Source: a virus (taxonomy: Duplodnaviria > Caudoviricetes). From it: 34,808 nt of DNA. Shown piece by piece: positions 27,928 through 34,808 of the stretch. Made by a program: the position numbers and the translations under genes. The stretch spans positions 1 through 34,808 of the IMG/VR virus record IMGVR_UViG_3300017783_000097; one strand, written 5' to 3'. The notes below the pieces were generated by a model. The model did not search any database. It saw only the letters and a list, made by a program, of their open reading frames with translations, and was not told the DNA's origin. Each line of letters begins with the position of its first letter. The stretch's first letter is position 1.

Positions 27928-29613
27928 CTAATTAGCTTTTAAATTATTTTGTTGTATATAAAATACAAGTTCATCTATTAAAATTTGATCTGATGAACTA
28001 AACGAAGGTTCTCCTTTTAAAAGGGTAACTCCCCTGTTATCTTTAGCAACAGCAAATCTACGTTTTAATGTTCCTACAGGGTTTTTATTATCAGTTTCTA
28101 CACTAAAAATAAAACCATTTACATTACCTATTATAGGATTTCCATCTTCAGCTTCTTCTTCAGCTAAATCAAGTAATTCTTGATTAATAGCTTCTAATTC
28201 TAAATTTCCAGCTCCATTTTCTTCTGCGCACTCTTGAGCCATTTGGTCGATAGATTTTAATAATAATACTACAGTTGTAACTCCTGCTATTAAAAATATT
28301 AATGAAACTAAAGTAGCTCTACTTGTTTTTTCATTATCTTCTTGTAAACCTTTTAATGTATCTGTTATATCTTGTAATTTAGCAGACATAGAATAGGGTT
28401 GGGCAAAAATTAACCCACCGAAGTCTTTAGCGGGTGGTACCCCTACTGCCTGAGGTAATGGGAGTGCGTTTAATCCTATTCTAACTCCTTTTAATACATT
28501 TGCTAATGCCCTAAAAGCTACAACTAAAGCCGAATTAATAATAATTGTTTTAAAAATTTGATTTAATTGTCTTACTACTCTATTTCTAGTTCTAATAACA
28601 TCCGCTAAAGCTTCTGGGGTTGGGCAAGTTTTTCGGTTTGATTGGGTTAATTTTGATATACCAAAGGCAAGTAATAGTGATATTGCTAATGGAATTAATT
28701 TAGTTTTAATAGTATCTACTATTTTTGCAATACTAAGTTTTTTAGCAGAAATAATTTTACCAAAAGTATCCATAGCAATACCTGCTACTGTAGATTGTAC
28801 CTGGTCGATTTTATCATTAAATTCTTGGGATATATCTTTAGCTGCTTCATCAAGATTAATTAATTTAGTTAATGATAAATTTGTTTTTATTGTTTTATCA
28901 CCATTTATAATAGCTTGGGTCCCAGGGATATAACCACTTTTTGAATAAAGTAAACCAAAAACAAGTGGGGTTTTTCCATTAGCAGGAATTATTGGTATTT
29001 TAACCTTAATAGAAAAATCTCCTTGTTTATCCGTTCTAGTGGTTTGCCCCGGAATAGGAATAAATACTAAATCATTTAAATCAACTGGTGCTTTGTTGGG
29101 GATTAATTCTTCACTAACATTTAAAGGATTATCAACCTCAGCTTTTGTTTCTACAAAATCTTGGTTGACTCCTAATGTTACTTTAGCCCCTTTCATAGGG
29201 GCATTAGTATTTTTATCTTGAAGTCTACCTATTATAGTATATTCTTGTAAAATAGGTGTTTGACTTTTTAATTTTTCTTTTAAGGCAGATATTTCTTCTC
29301 TTATTTTATTTTGAGTTTTTTCTACACCATTAGATAAATTTGCCTTTCTTTGTTCAATTTTTTCTTTTCTACTTAATCTTCTATTTTGTCTTTTTTCTCT
29401 TCTTTGTTCTCTAGTTAAATTAGAACCCAAAGATAAATTTATTTCTTTTTCTGATGCTTCTTTTAAAGTAGAAAGATCTATATTATATTTAGTTGATAAC
29501 TCTTGAATTCTATTAAGTATATCAGCTACAGGTAAAGCATCTCCTAATAAAGATTTACCCTGGGGTGTAGAAAGTGATTGTTGGACTAATTGTAAAAGTG
29601 CTTCTTCTCCCAT
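27928..29613 (-). CDS. Membrane-associated phage protein with carboxypeptidase-regulatory-like (SusC N-terminal-extension-like) domain
   Basis: 561 aa. IIGRLQDKNTNAPMKGAKVTL...TRTDKQGDFSIKV...LLYSKSGY; hydrophobic stretches LIPLAISLLLAFGIS, IIINSALVVAF and TLVSLIFLIAGVTTVVLLL. Confidence 0.55.
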   Translation of the reverse strand: MGEEALLQLVQQSLSTPQGKSLLGDALPVADILNRIQELSTKYNIDLSTLKEASEKEINLSLGSNLTREQRREKRQNRRLSRKEKIEQRKANLSNGVEKTQNKIREEISALKEKLKSQTPILQEYTIIGRLQDKNTNAPMKGAKVTLGVNQDFVETKAEVDNPLNVSEELIPNKAPVDLNDLVFIPIPGQTTRTDKQGDFSIKVKIPIIPANGKTPLVFGLLYSKSGYIPGTQAIINGDKTIKTNLSLTKLINLDEAAKDISQEFNDKIDQVQSTVAGIAMDTFGKIISAKKLSIAKIVDTIKTKLIPLAISLLLAFGISKLTQSNRKTCPTPEALADVIRTRNRVVRQLNQIFKTIIINSALVVAFRALANVLKGVRIGLNALPLPQAVGVPPAKDFGGLIFAQPYSMSAKLQDITDTLKGLQEDNEKTSRATLVSLIFLIAGVTTVVLLLKSIDQMAQECAEENGAGNLELEAINQELLDLAEEEAEDGNPIIGNVNGFIFSVETDNKNPVGTLKRRFAVAKDNRGVTLLKGEPSFSSSDQILIDELVFYIQQNNLKAN

Positions 29614-29614
29614 G

Positions 29615-30889
29615 TTATATAGCTTTTACAATTTTAGATTTATAACTATTAATACTATTCAACATTAATGATATTTGTGTTTTTGCTGCTCCTGCCGTTC
29701 CTGGGGTTAAAAATAACATAGGTTCAATTGATAAGGTTTGGGCCATTGCTTGTAACTTTATTAAAAGATTTTCAAAATCATCTAAAAATGTATCTCCTAA
29801 CATTACAGATTGATTAGCACTAGCATCTCCTAATCTAATATTATTTTTTGAAGATTGTAAAACAACATCTCCTTCTTGAGAATATATGCCCGTTGTATTT
29901 ATTGAGGTTAATGATATAGTACTTTGGGAATTTAATATTATACTATCAGCCTTAGTATTAAATACTAATCTATCTGAATTAAGTATTACTTGACTACCTT
30001 GGTAAGACCCCACAGATTCTGGTTGGTTATTACTAATAGATGGGTTATTAGTTATAGAAGTGGATAGAGGTATTGATTGATTTGAGGTTAAATAAATTGA
30101 AGATAAATCTTTATTTATATTTTCAATAATAGGTAAATATCCTTCTTCACTAGAGTCATCTGGTTGGCCATTTCTTATTATTGTAATGGGGTTACCATCT
30201 TCTCCAGTACTAGACCAATTATTACCATATAATATACTATCTGTTTTTGCAGTACTTCCAAGTCTTACACTATTCCCCCACCTACCTTCTGTTATAATAT
30301 CTCCAGCAAAAGGTAATAACGAATGAATATTAGATCTTTCAATGAAAGTACCTCCAACTAATGGGGAATTATATTCATATTTAATTTTTTCATTTGATGA
30401 TTTTCGAGTTTGTCCCTGTTCTATAGCTTGATAACTTTTTTGTTGTGAAGGTTGTATAGTAGCAGTTTGGTTTAAGTTGGGATAAGCATTTAAATGTGGA
30501 TGATTCCAAATAGATATAGGATTAATATAAAAATATTTTTTAACATTACTATTTAAATTAACATTATTATCCGGGACAAAAAATAACAGTACTAGTTCAT
30601 TTACTACCGGATAATTTTTTAAATAAGGGATTAAAGGAGATGCTACAGTAGGAAATTCAGAAGATAAATCAGGAGAACCTTCAACTTTTTCAAAAAATAT
30701 AGTTCCAATTGATGCCCATTCACCATAGGTTTCAAATTTAGGATGTTTATCATCTAAAATAATATCTGTTACTCTAGCAGATAAAATGTTAGAAGATAGT
30801 GCATCAATTTGTTGTTGTACAACAGATTGATTATCCCTCCCAGAATTTAATTGGGAATTAACCGATGCAAATCCGTATTTATGCGCCAT
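29615..30889 (-). CDS. Baseplate central spike/hub protein (T4 gp5 / P2 gpV-like)
   Basis: 424 aa. OB-fold-like N-terminus (ARVTDIIL...YPVVNELV), GDIITEGRWGNSVRLGS, beta-strand repeats QVILNSDRLVFNTK...IRLG and QSVMLGD; lies upstream of gp25/gp6. Confidence 0.65.
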   Translation of the reverse strand: MAHKYGFASVNSQLNSGRDNQSVVQQQIDALSSNILSARVTDIILDDKHPKFETYGEWASIGTIFFEKVEGSPDLSSEFPTVASPLIPYLKNYPVVNELVLLFFVPDNNVNLNSNVKKYFYINPISIWNHPHLNAYPNLNQTATIQPSQQKSYQAIEQGQTRKSSNEKIKYEYNSPLVGGTFIERSNIHSLLPFAGDIITEGRWGNSVRLGSTAKTDSILYGNNWSSTGEDGNPITIIRNGQPDDSSEEGYLPIIENINKDLSSIYLTSNQSIPLSTSITNNPSISNNQPESVGSYQGSQVILNSDRLVFNTKADSIILNSQSTISLTSINTTGIYSQEGDVVLQSSKNNIRLGDASANQSVMLGDTFLDDFENLLIKLQAMAQTLSIEPMLFLTPGTAGAAKTQISLMLNSINSYKSKIVKAI

Positions 30890-31235
30890 CCTTTTTCCCT
30901 TCGAAATTAGTGTTAAGTTTATCTAATTCCTCCATTAACTGTTGTTTTTCTTCTTCCGTTATACCCATTGATTCTTCACCACCACTATTGTTAAGCGCAC
31001 GCTGTACTATAGTAGCCATTTTAATTAATTGTTCATCGTTACGAACGCCAATTTCCATATATTCTTTAATAAGTGGTACAATTAAAGTAGCATCACCTAT
31101 ATCATTTATAAGGGGTTTTAATTCTGAAATTAAACCTGTGATTTGGGTTTCTTTTTTCTTTTGATTATCGTATATTTCACTTAAGATATCCGAAAATTTT
31201 TTCTTTTTAAATACAATATTGTCTAGTGATCCCAT
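30879..31235 (-). CDS. Conserved-looking helical hypothetical protein
   Basis: 118 aa; first gene after an ATATTTATA motif; overlaps the next gene by 11 nt. Confidence 0.65.
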   Translation of the reverse strand: MGSLDNIVFKKKKFSDILSEIYDNQKKKETQITGLISELKPLINDIGDATLIVPLIKEYMEIGVRNDEQLIKMATIVQRALNNSGGEESMGITEEEKQQLMEELDKLNTNFEGKKDGA

Positions 31236-31248
31236 AATGTTATTTTAT

Positions 31249-31257
31249 TATAAATAT
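31249..31257 (-). promoter_or_regulatory. Putative late promoter ATATTTATA heading the baseplate operon
   Basis: 13 nt upstream of the ATG at 31235, directly after the sigma-factor gene. Confidence 0.65.
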
Positions 31258-31272
31258 GGATATAGAAAAAGA

Positions 31273-31977
31273 TTAGAATCTAGCGTAACCGTTTTCTAAA
31301 TAAAAAATATATTGTGATTTAAAGATTATATGTAATTTATCCGCTATTTTTGTTATTTTAGGTGTTTTTACTTCTACCATTTCTCTAATGTAAATGTAAA
31401 GTGCTTTTTTATTAAATACTTCTAAATCTTCCCTTTTACGGAATAACTCAAGTATAGCATCAGCTATTTGGGCATCATTTTTTTTAGGGAATAATTCAAA
31501 TATATTTTCCGATACATGGTCGACAAAAAGGTCTACATATTTATCTAAATCACTTTTTACTTTTTCATCTCCTTGGTTATATGTATGTTTTGAATTTTCA
31601 CCTGTTAGTATTTCAACACCAACTTTTTGGATTTTCTTTTTATAATTTTTTGTATTATATAATATTAACCAACGTTTTACAATAGTACCAAAATAGGAAT
31701 ATGCCTTAGCTCCCCTAGTAGGATCAAATAAATGCATTTTAGATAATAAAAATGTAATTATTTCATGTTGAAGATGTTCTAAATTTTCTACTTCAGTATG
31801 GTAAAATTTAAAAGTATGAATTATATTTTGGGTTAATTTAAAAAAAGGATAATGTATATGACTTTGATATATCTTACTACGTATTTCAAAATCAGGTTCA
31901 TTATTATATTTTACAATATAGTCCTCTGTCTCCTGAGTAAAGTAATTTTTACTTTTCTTTCTTCTTTTTCTTACCAT
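31273..31977 (-). CDS. Phage late-transcription sigma factor (T4 gp55-like)
   Basis: 234 aa. Basic N-terminus followed by NYF; HLFDPTRGAKAYSYFGTIVKRWLI matches sigma region 2 (FDPxKG..FSTY). Confidence 0.7.
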   Translation of the reverse strand: MVRKRRKKSKNYFTQETEDYIVKYNNEPDFEIRSKIYQSHIHYPFFKLTQNIIHTFKFYHTEVENLEHLQHEIITFLLSKMHLFDPTRGAKAYSYFGTIVKRWLILYNTKNYKKKIQKVGVEILTGENSKHTYNQGDEKVKSDLDKYVDLFVDHVSENIFELFPKKNDAQIADAILELFRKREDLEVFNKKALYIYIREMVEVKTPKITKIADKLHIIFKSQYIFYLENGYARF

Positions 31978-31980
31978 TAC

Positions 31981-32259
31981 TTAAAGATTAATTTTAAATT
32001 GAGATAATTTTTTTTGTAAGACCTTTATTTCATTAAAAAACCAACCTATTTCATCATCACTTTTAAATAAACCTTTTTCGTCTATTTGATTTAATTTTTT
32101 TTCTGTAAATGTAATTTGTTTATCTATTTTATTGATAAATTCCTGTTGAGAAACTATTATATCTTCTGCTCTTTCATTTTTACGTAAAAGGTTAAAAGTC
32201 GTATATCCAAAGATAACGACTAATAAACCTAATATTATAATAATAATTTCTAATATCAT
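31981..32259 (-). CDS. Small membrane protein (N-terminal TM helix plus coiled coil)
   Basis: 92 aa; MILEIIIIILGLLVVIFGYTTF; ATGA overlap with the HD gene. Confidence 0.7.
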   Translation of the reverse strand: MILEIIIIILGLLVVIFGYTTFNLLRKNERAEDIIVSQQEFINKIDKQITFTEKKLNQIDEKGLFKSDDEIGWFFNEIKVLQKKLSQFKINL

Positions 32260-33029
32260 AAACTATCTAACATGTTTTTTAATCCCGTACTTGCAACACT
32301 ATTTAGTGCTTTAGTTTTAGAGGATTTTATATTGCCAGATAATGTATAATTTTTCTTTGGCTGTTCCACACTATCTTTAGAAAACTTTGGTAACCATTCT
32401 TGCTCAAATTCAATACGCGCGGCCATTAAATCAGCTTGATGTAAAATATATGGTAGAGACGTGCGAGGTTTTTGTTCTGGCATGAATGTTTTTAAATATT
32501 TTTCATTAGCAACATCATATAACCCATCATGGGTTTGGATCGCTACCATTTCATTAAATGAGTAAGAAATGTCATGTTGTTGAAGAAGAAATAAACCACG
32601 ATCTGGGACAGAACAAAACGCTAATTTTTTATTAAACATATAATCTTCACCTAATTTATCTTTTCTCCATTGATCCGTCTGGGGGATATAAGATTCATGT
32701 TCTTTATCTCCCATTTTACCTAAATCATGGTTAATAGCAGAAAATACTAATTCTTCTTTAGTAAATGTAGTCATATCACATCCCATTTCTTCCCACATAT
32801 CATATAACCTAAGAGATCCTTCAACTACTCTATTTACATGGGCAACATATCCTCCCGGGAATGCTCCATGGTATTCTTTTTTATGAGCTGCGGGCATTAA
32901 TATAACACGTTCTTCATAACGTTTATAAAAACTAGATAATTGTTCTCCTCTATTTCCTGAGATGTGAACATTTATATTATCTAAAAATATTTCCCAATTT
33001 GATTGAATTTGTTCTGCTGTTAGTTTCAT
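32256..33029 (-). CDS. HD-domain phosphohydrolase (YhaM-like HD domain, no OB fold)
   Basis: 257 aa; PAA...YHGAFPGGYVAHV, HDLGK, THDG and ILHQAD motifs. Confidence 0.85.
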   Translation of the reverse strand: MKLTAEQIQSNWEIFLDNINVHISGNRGEQLSSFYKRYEERVILMPAAHKKEYHGAFPGGYVAHVNRVVEGSLRLYDMWEEMGCDMTTFTKEELVFSAINHDLGKMGDKEHESYIPQTDQWRKDKLGEDYMFNKKLAFCSVPDRGLFLLQQHDISYSFNEMVAIQTHDGLYDVANEKYLKTFMPEQKPRTSLPYILHQADLMAARIEFEQEWLPKFSKDSVEQPKKNYTLSGNIKSSKTKALNSVASTGLKNMLDSL

Positions 33030-33034
33030 AACTT

Positions 33035-33349
33035 TTATTTTATATTATTTTTTAACTGTTCTTCCATTTCTTTGGGCATAAAAGCAGCCCATTTGTTTTT
33101 AGGACAATACGCTGATAAAGATCTAACTTTTAATGTAAGGATACACCCACAATCTTTACAACAAGGTTGAGTACCTGGGACTGCACAATGGGTACCTTTA
33201 GTATCAAATAAATTACAACTTGTACAAATACCCCATCTAATTTTAGCTATTTGTTCTACATCATCTTTAACAAAAACTTTATTTTTAATACCCTCATATA
33301 TTAAATCTAAATTACCAAAGGCATTAATAAGTTTGTTAAACCTATTCAT
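33035..33349 (-). CDS. Cys-rich putative Zn-binding protein (DUF6171-like)
   Basis: 104 aa; RWGICTSC...C...CCKDCGC...K......CPKNKW. Confidence 0.7.
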   Translation of the reverse strand: MNRFNKLINAFGNLDLIYEGIKNKVFVKDDVEQIAKIRWGICTSCNLFDTKGTHCAVPGTQPCCKDCGCILTLKVRSLSAYCPKNKWAAFMPKEMEEQLKNNIK

Positions 33350-33350
33350 T

Positions 33351-33554
33351 TTATCCTAGTGAACTATTTTGTTCTTTATCTGAATTAGGTTCTCTTTCTA
33401 CCATTGATCTAAGATCTTCTACTAAATTTTTTGCTTTTTCAATCCCTTCCTTGTAAGTTGAAAGTGGTTCTTTTGTATTTACAATACGCTGGAGGTTAAT
33501 TAATGTATGATCTAATTGTTCTAACCTTTTATTAATTAAATTTCTATTTCTCAT
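33351..33554 (-). CDS. Hypothetical protein
   Basis: 67 aa, helical; tightly packed with the downstream genes. Confidence 0.65.
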   Translation of the reverse strand: MRNRNLINKRLEQLDHTLINLQRIVNTKEPLSTYKEGIEKAKNLVEDLRSMVEREPNSDKEQNSSLG

Positions 33555-33642
33555 AATTTATAATATTAACAGGGTATTCCTTAACCCTTTATTACCTTTA
33601 TTCCTATCCCTTCTTATTCCCTTTCTTACAAAACCTGTAATA

Positions 33643-33674
33643 CTAATGTACGAGGGATATTTTGTATATCCTAA
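33643..33674 (-). promoter_or_regulatory. Bacteroidota-type promoter candidate (TTAG-N20-TACATTAG)
   Basis: The minus strand reads TTAG (33674..33671), 20 nt, then TACATTAG (33650..33643). The spacing is the same as at 199..230. Confidence 0.45.
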
Positions 33675-33681
33675 TTATTTT

Positions 33682-34107
33682 TTAAATTTCTTTAACTACT
33701 TCTTTTATTTTATGAAGATGTGCGCATTTTTCGTATTCTTCATATTGTTCAAAAAATGTAACTGCACTATCTAATGCCTTATAAAATGTTTTATTATCAA
33801 AATTTATAATAGCATGAATATCATCATGGTCTTCTAAACTAATATTTTTAATATAAGACCAAGCTCTATTATAAACAGTAAATTCAGATGCCTCCTTTGT
33901 AGATTCAACATTATAATTAGGTTGTTCTTTTTTAAGAAATTTTTCTAACTTTTGATGAAAAATATAGTGATTTTGAATTAACTTAACAAACATTCCAATC
34001 TTAGCAAAAGGACCATTCATAAAATCTTTTATTTCAGATTTAGTTTTCTCATCACTAATTTCTTTTCCATCTACAAATAATTGAAATATTTTATCTTTAT
34101 CTATCAT
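33682..34107 (-). CDS. Hypothetical protein with C-terminal UVR (UvrB/C)-like motif
   Basis: 141 aa; ALDSAVTFFEQYEEYEKCAHLHKIKE resembles A...EDYExAAxLRD. Confidence 0.6.
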   Translation of the reverse strand: MIDKDKIFQLFVDGKEISDEKTKSEIKDFMNGPFAKIGMFVKLIQNHYIFHQKLEKFLKKEQPNYNVESTKEASEFTVYNRAWSYIKNISLEDHDDIHAIINFDNKTFYKALDSAVTFFEQYEEYEKCAHLHKIKEVVKEI

Positions 34108-34448
34108 CTTTTACCTCCAAAATATTCTACAGCATGTCCTTCTGTAATTAATAAATCATTTAACTTAACATCACCTAAAAATATATCACCCAAACATCTA
34201 CCATACTTACCTACACCTTGAGAGTGTAATATAAATTCATTATTATGTTTAATTAAAATATCTTTAACATATTGTTTAGCAGCTAAACCTCTTGCCTTTT
34301 CTTCTAAATCTCGGGTACGAGACTCGGCAGCATTAATACCAACTAATCTAATTCTAATTTTTTTCCAAGTATCAAAACCAAGATCAATAGTAGCATCAAT
34401 AGTATCCCCATCTACTACTCTTTCACATTTTGCTTTATAAATATACAT
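34104..34448 (-). CDS. Thermonuclease (staphylococcal nuclease-like)
   Basis: 114 aa; RVVDGDTID, RIRLVGINAAE, KYGRCLG and LNDLLITEGHA motifs. Confidence 0.92.
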   Translation of the reverse strand: MYIYKAKCERVVDGDTIDATIDLGFDTWKKIRIRLVGINAAESRTRDLEEKARGLAAKQYVKDILIKHNNEFILHSQGVGKYGRCLGDIFLGDVKLNDLLITEGHAVEYFGGKR

Positions 34449-34461
34449 AATAATGTTTAAT

Positions 34462-34470
34462 TATAAATAT
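34462..34470 (-). promoter_or_regulatory. Putative late promoter ATATTTATA
   Basis: 13 nt upstream of the thermonuclease ATG at 34448. Confidence 0.6.
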
Positions 34471-34473
34471 GTA

Positions 34474-34668
34474 TTATTTATCTAGATCCGCTAATTCAGA
34501 TTCAATATCTTTTTGAATTTGCTTTAATATTTCATATTCTTTAACAACATCTTTTTTTTCTGGATTGTCTGGGTGGTATCTCCATACTTCATCCATTACA
34601 GTTGATGTAGCTACTAAATCATTAATTAATTCTGATTTTTGTTGGTCTAATTCTTCTTGTTTTGACAT
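34474..34668 (-). CDS. Hypothetical protein
   Basis: 64 aa, acidic and helical with WRYHPDNP; fills the gap between its neighbours. Confidence 0.65.
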   Translation of the reverse strand: MSKQEELDQQKSELINDLVATSTVMDEVWRYHPDNPEKKDVVKEYEILKQIQKDIESELADLDK

Positions 34669-34669
34669 A

Positions 34670-34807
34670 TTATTTAAATTTATTGCCTATTAAGTTAATT
34701 GTTTCTTTTGCCTCTTCCAAGCTAATTTGGAAAAATTCTTTACTACTATTGACACGTTGTGCCTTTAATTTATGGTGTACTTCTCTTTCTACCATTTCAC
34801 CATTAAA
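34670..34807 (-). CDS. T5orf172/MUG113-type GIY-YIG domain protein, partial (C-terminus only)
   Basis: Not in the ORF track. Manual translation FNGEMVEREVHHKLKAQRVNSSKEFFQISLEEAKETINLIGNKFK* carries the E..VH..L...RV...EFF motif. Confidence 0.75.
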   Translation of the reverse strand, partial: FNGEMVEREVHHKLKAQRVNSSKEFFQISLEEAKETINLIGNKFK

Positions 34808-34808
34808 A

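Noticed and set aside
11480-30889. Extracellular contractile injection system or T6SS locus
   Set aside because: The flanking late sigma, GIY-YIG, thermonuclease and small phage-type ORFs, with no bacterial housekeeping genes, fit a lytic phage genome better.
14901-31164. Short plus-strand ORFs (14901, 16769, 17942, 21977, 29039, 30865; also 2040, 3155)
   Set aside because: They lie antisense to well-supported genes and show no recognisable motifs.
32256-33029. HD protein as a DatZ-type dATPase of a Z-genome system
   Set aside because: The motifs match YhaM-like HD domains and no purZ/mazZ is in the window; this cannot be excluded genome-wide.
1-34808. Stop-codon reassignment (as in some large Bacteroidota phages)
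   Set aside because: Standard-code ORFs tile the window without fragmentation, and TAA, TAG (11480, 27928) and TGA (32256, 34104) all act as stops.

Overview
This is an AT-rich, gene-dense segment of a large lytic myovirus-type (contractile-tail, T4-like organisation) bacteriophage. The host is probably a Bacteroidota/Flavobacteria: there are no Shine-Dalgarno sites, two host-type TTTG/TTAG-N20-TAnnTTTG-like promoters are present, and one protein carries a SusC-like N-terminal domain. Every real gene lies on the minus strand. In transcription order (right to left), the window first holds a small non-structural block: partial T5orf172-type GIY-YIG, thermonuclease, UVR-motif protein, Cys-rich protein, YhaM-like HD hydrolase, membrane protein and a gp55-like late sigma factor. 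The baseplate module follows: gp5-like spike, membrane protein, gp25, gp6, a DNRLRE/CBM96-like protein, a 3049-aa gp7/gpI-like protein and three tail-collar-type proteins. Then come two very long Gly-Thr-Ser/Gly-Ser-Ser collagen-like fibres (the larger with beta-roll heads and an S74 intramolecular chaperone), a likely tip adhesin and a partial GIY-YIG gene. Three signals stand out. (1) A strongly enriched [S/T]-[G/A/S]-S tripeptide is confined to peripheral virion proteins and polymerised in the fibre repeats, a candidate virion glycosylation sequon. (2) A recurrent intergenic ATATTTATA promoter-like motif is the reverse complement of the T4 late promoter. (3) A tail-collar domain appears to be split across three genes. 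All calls come from motif recognition by eye; no searches were run.
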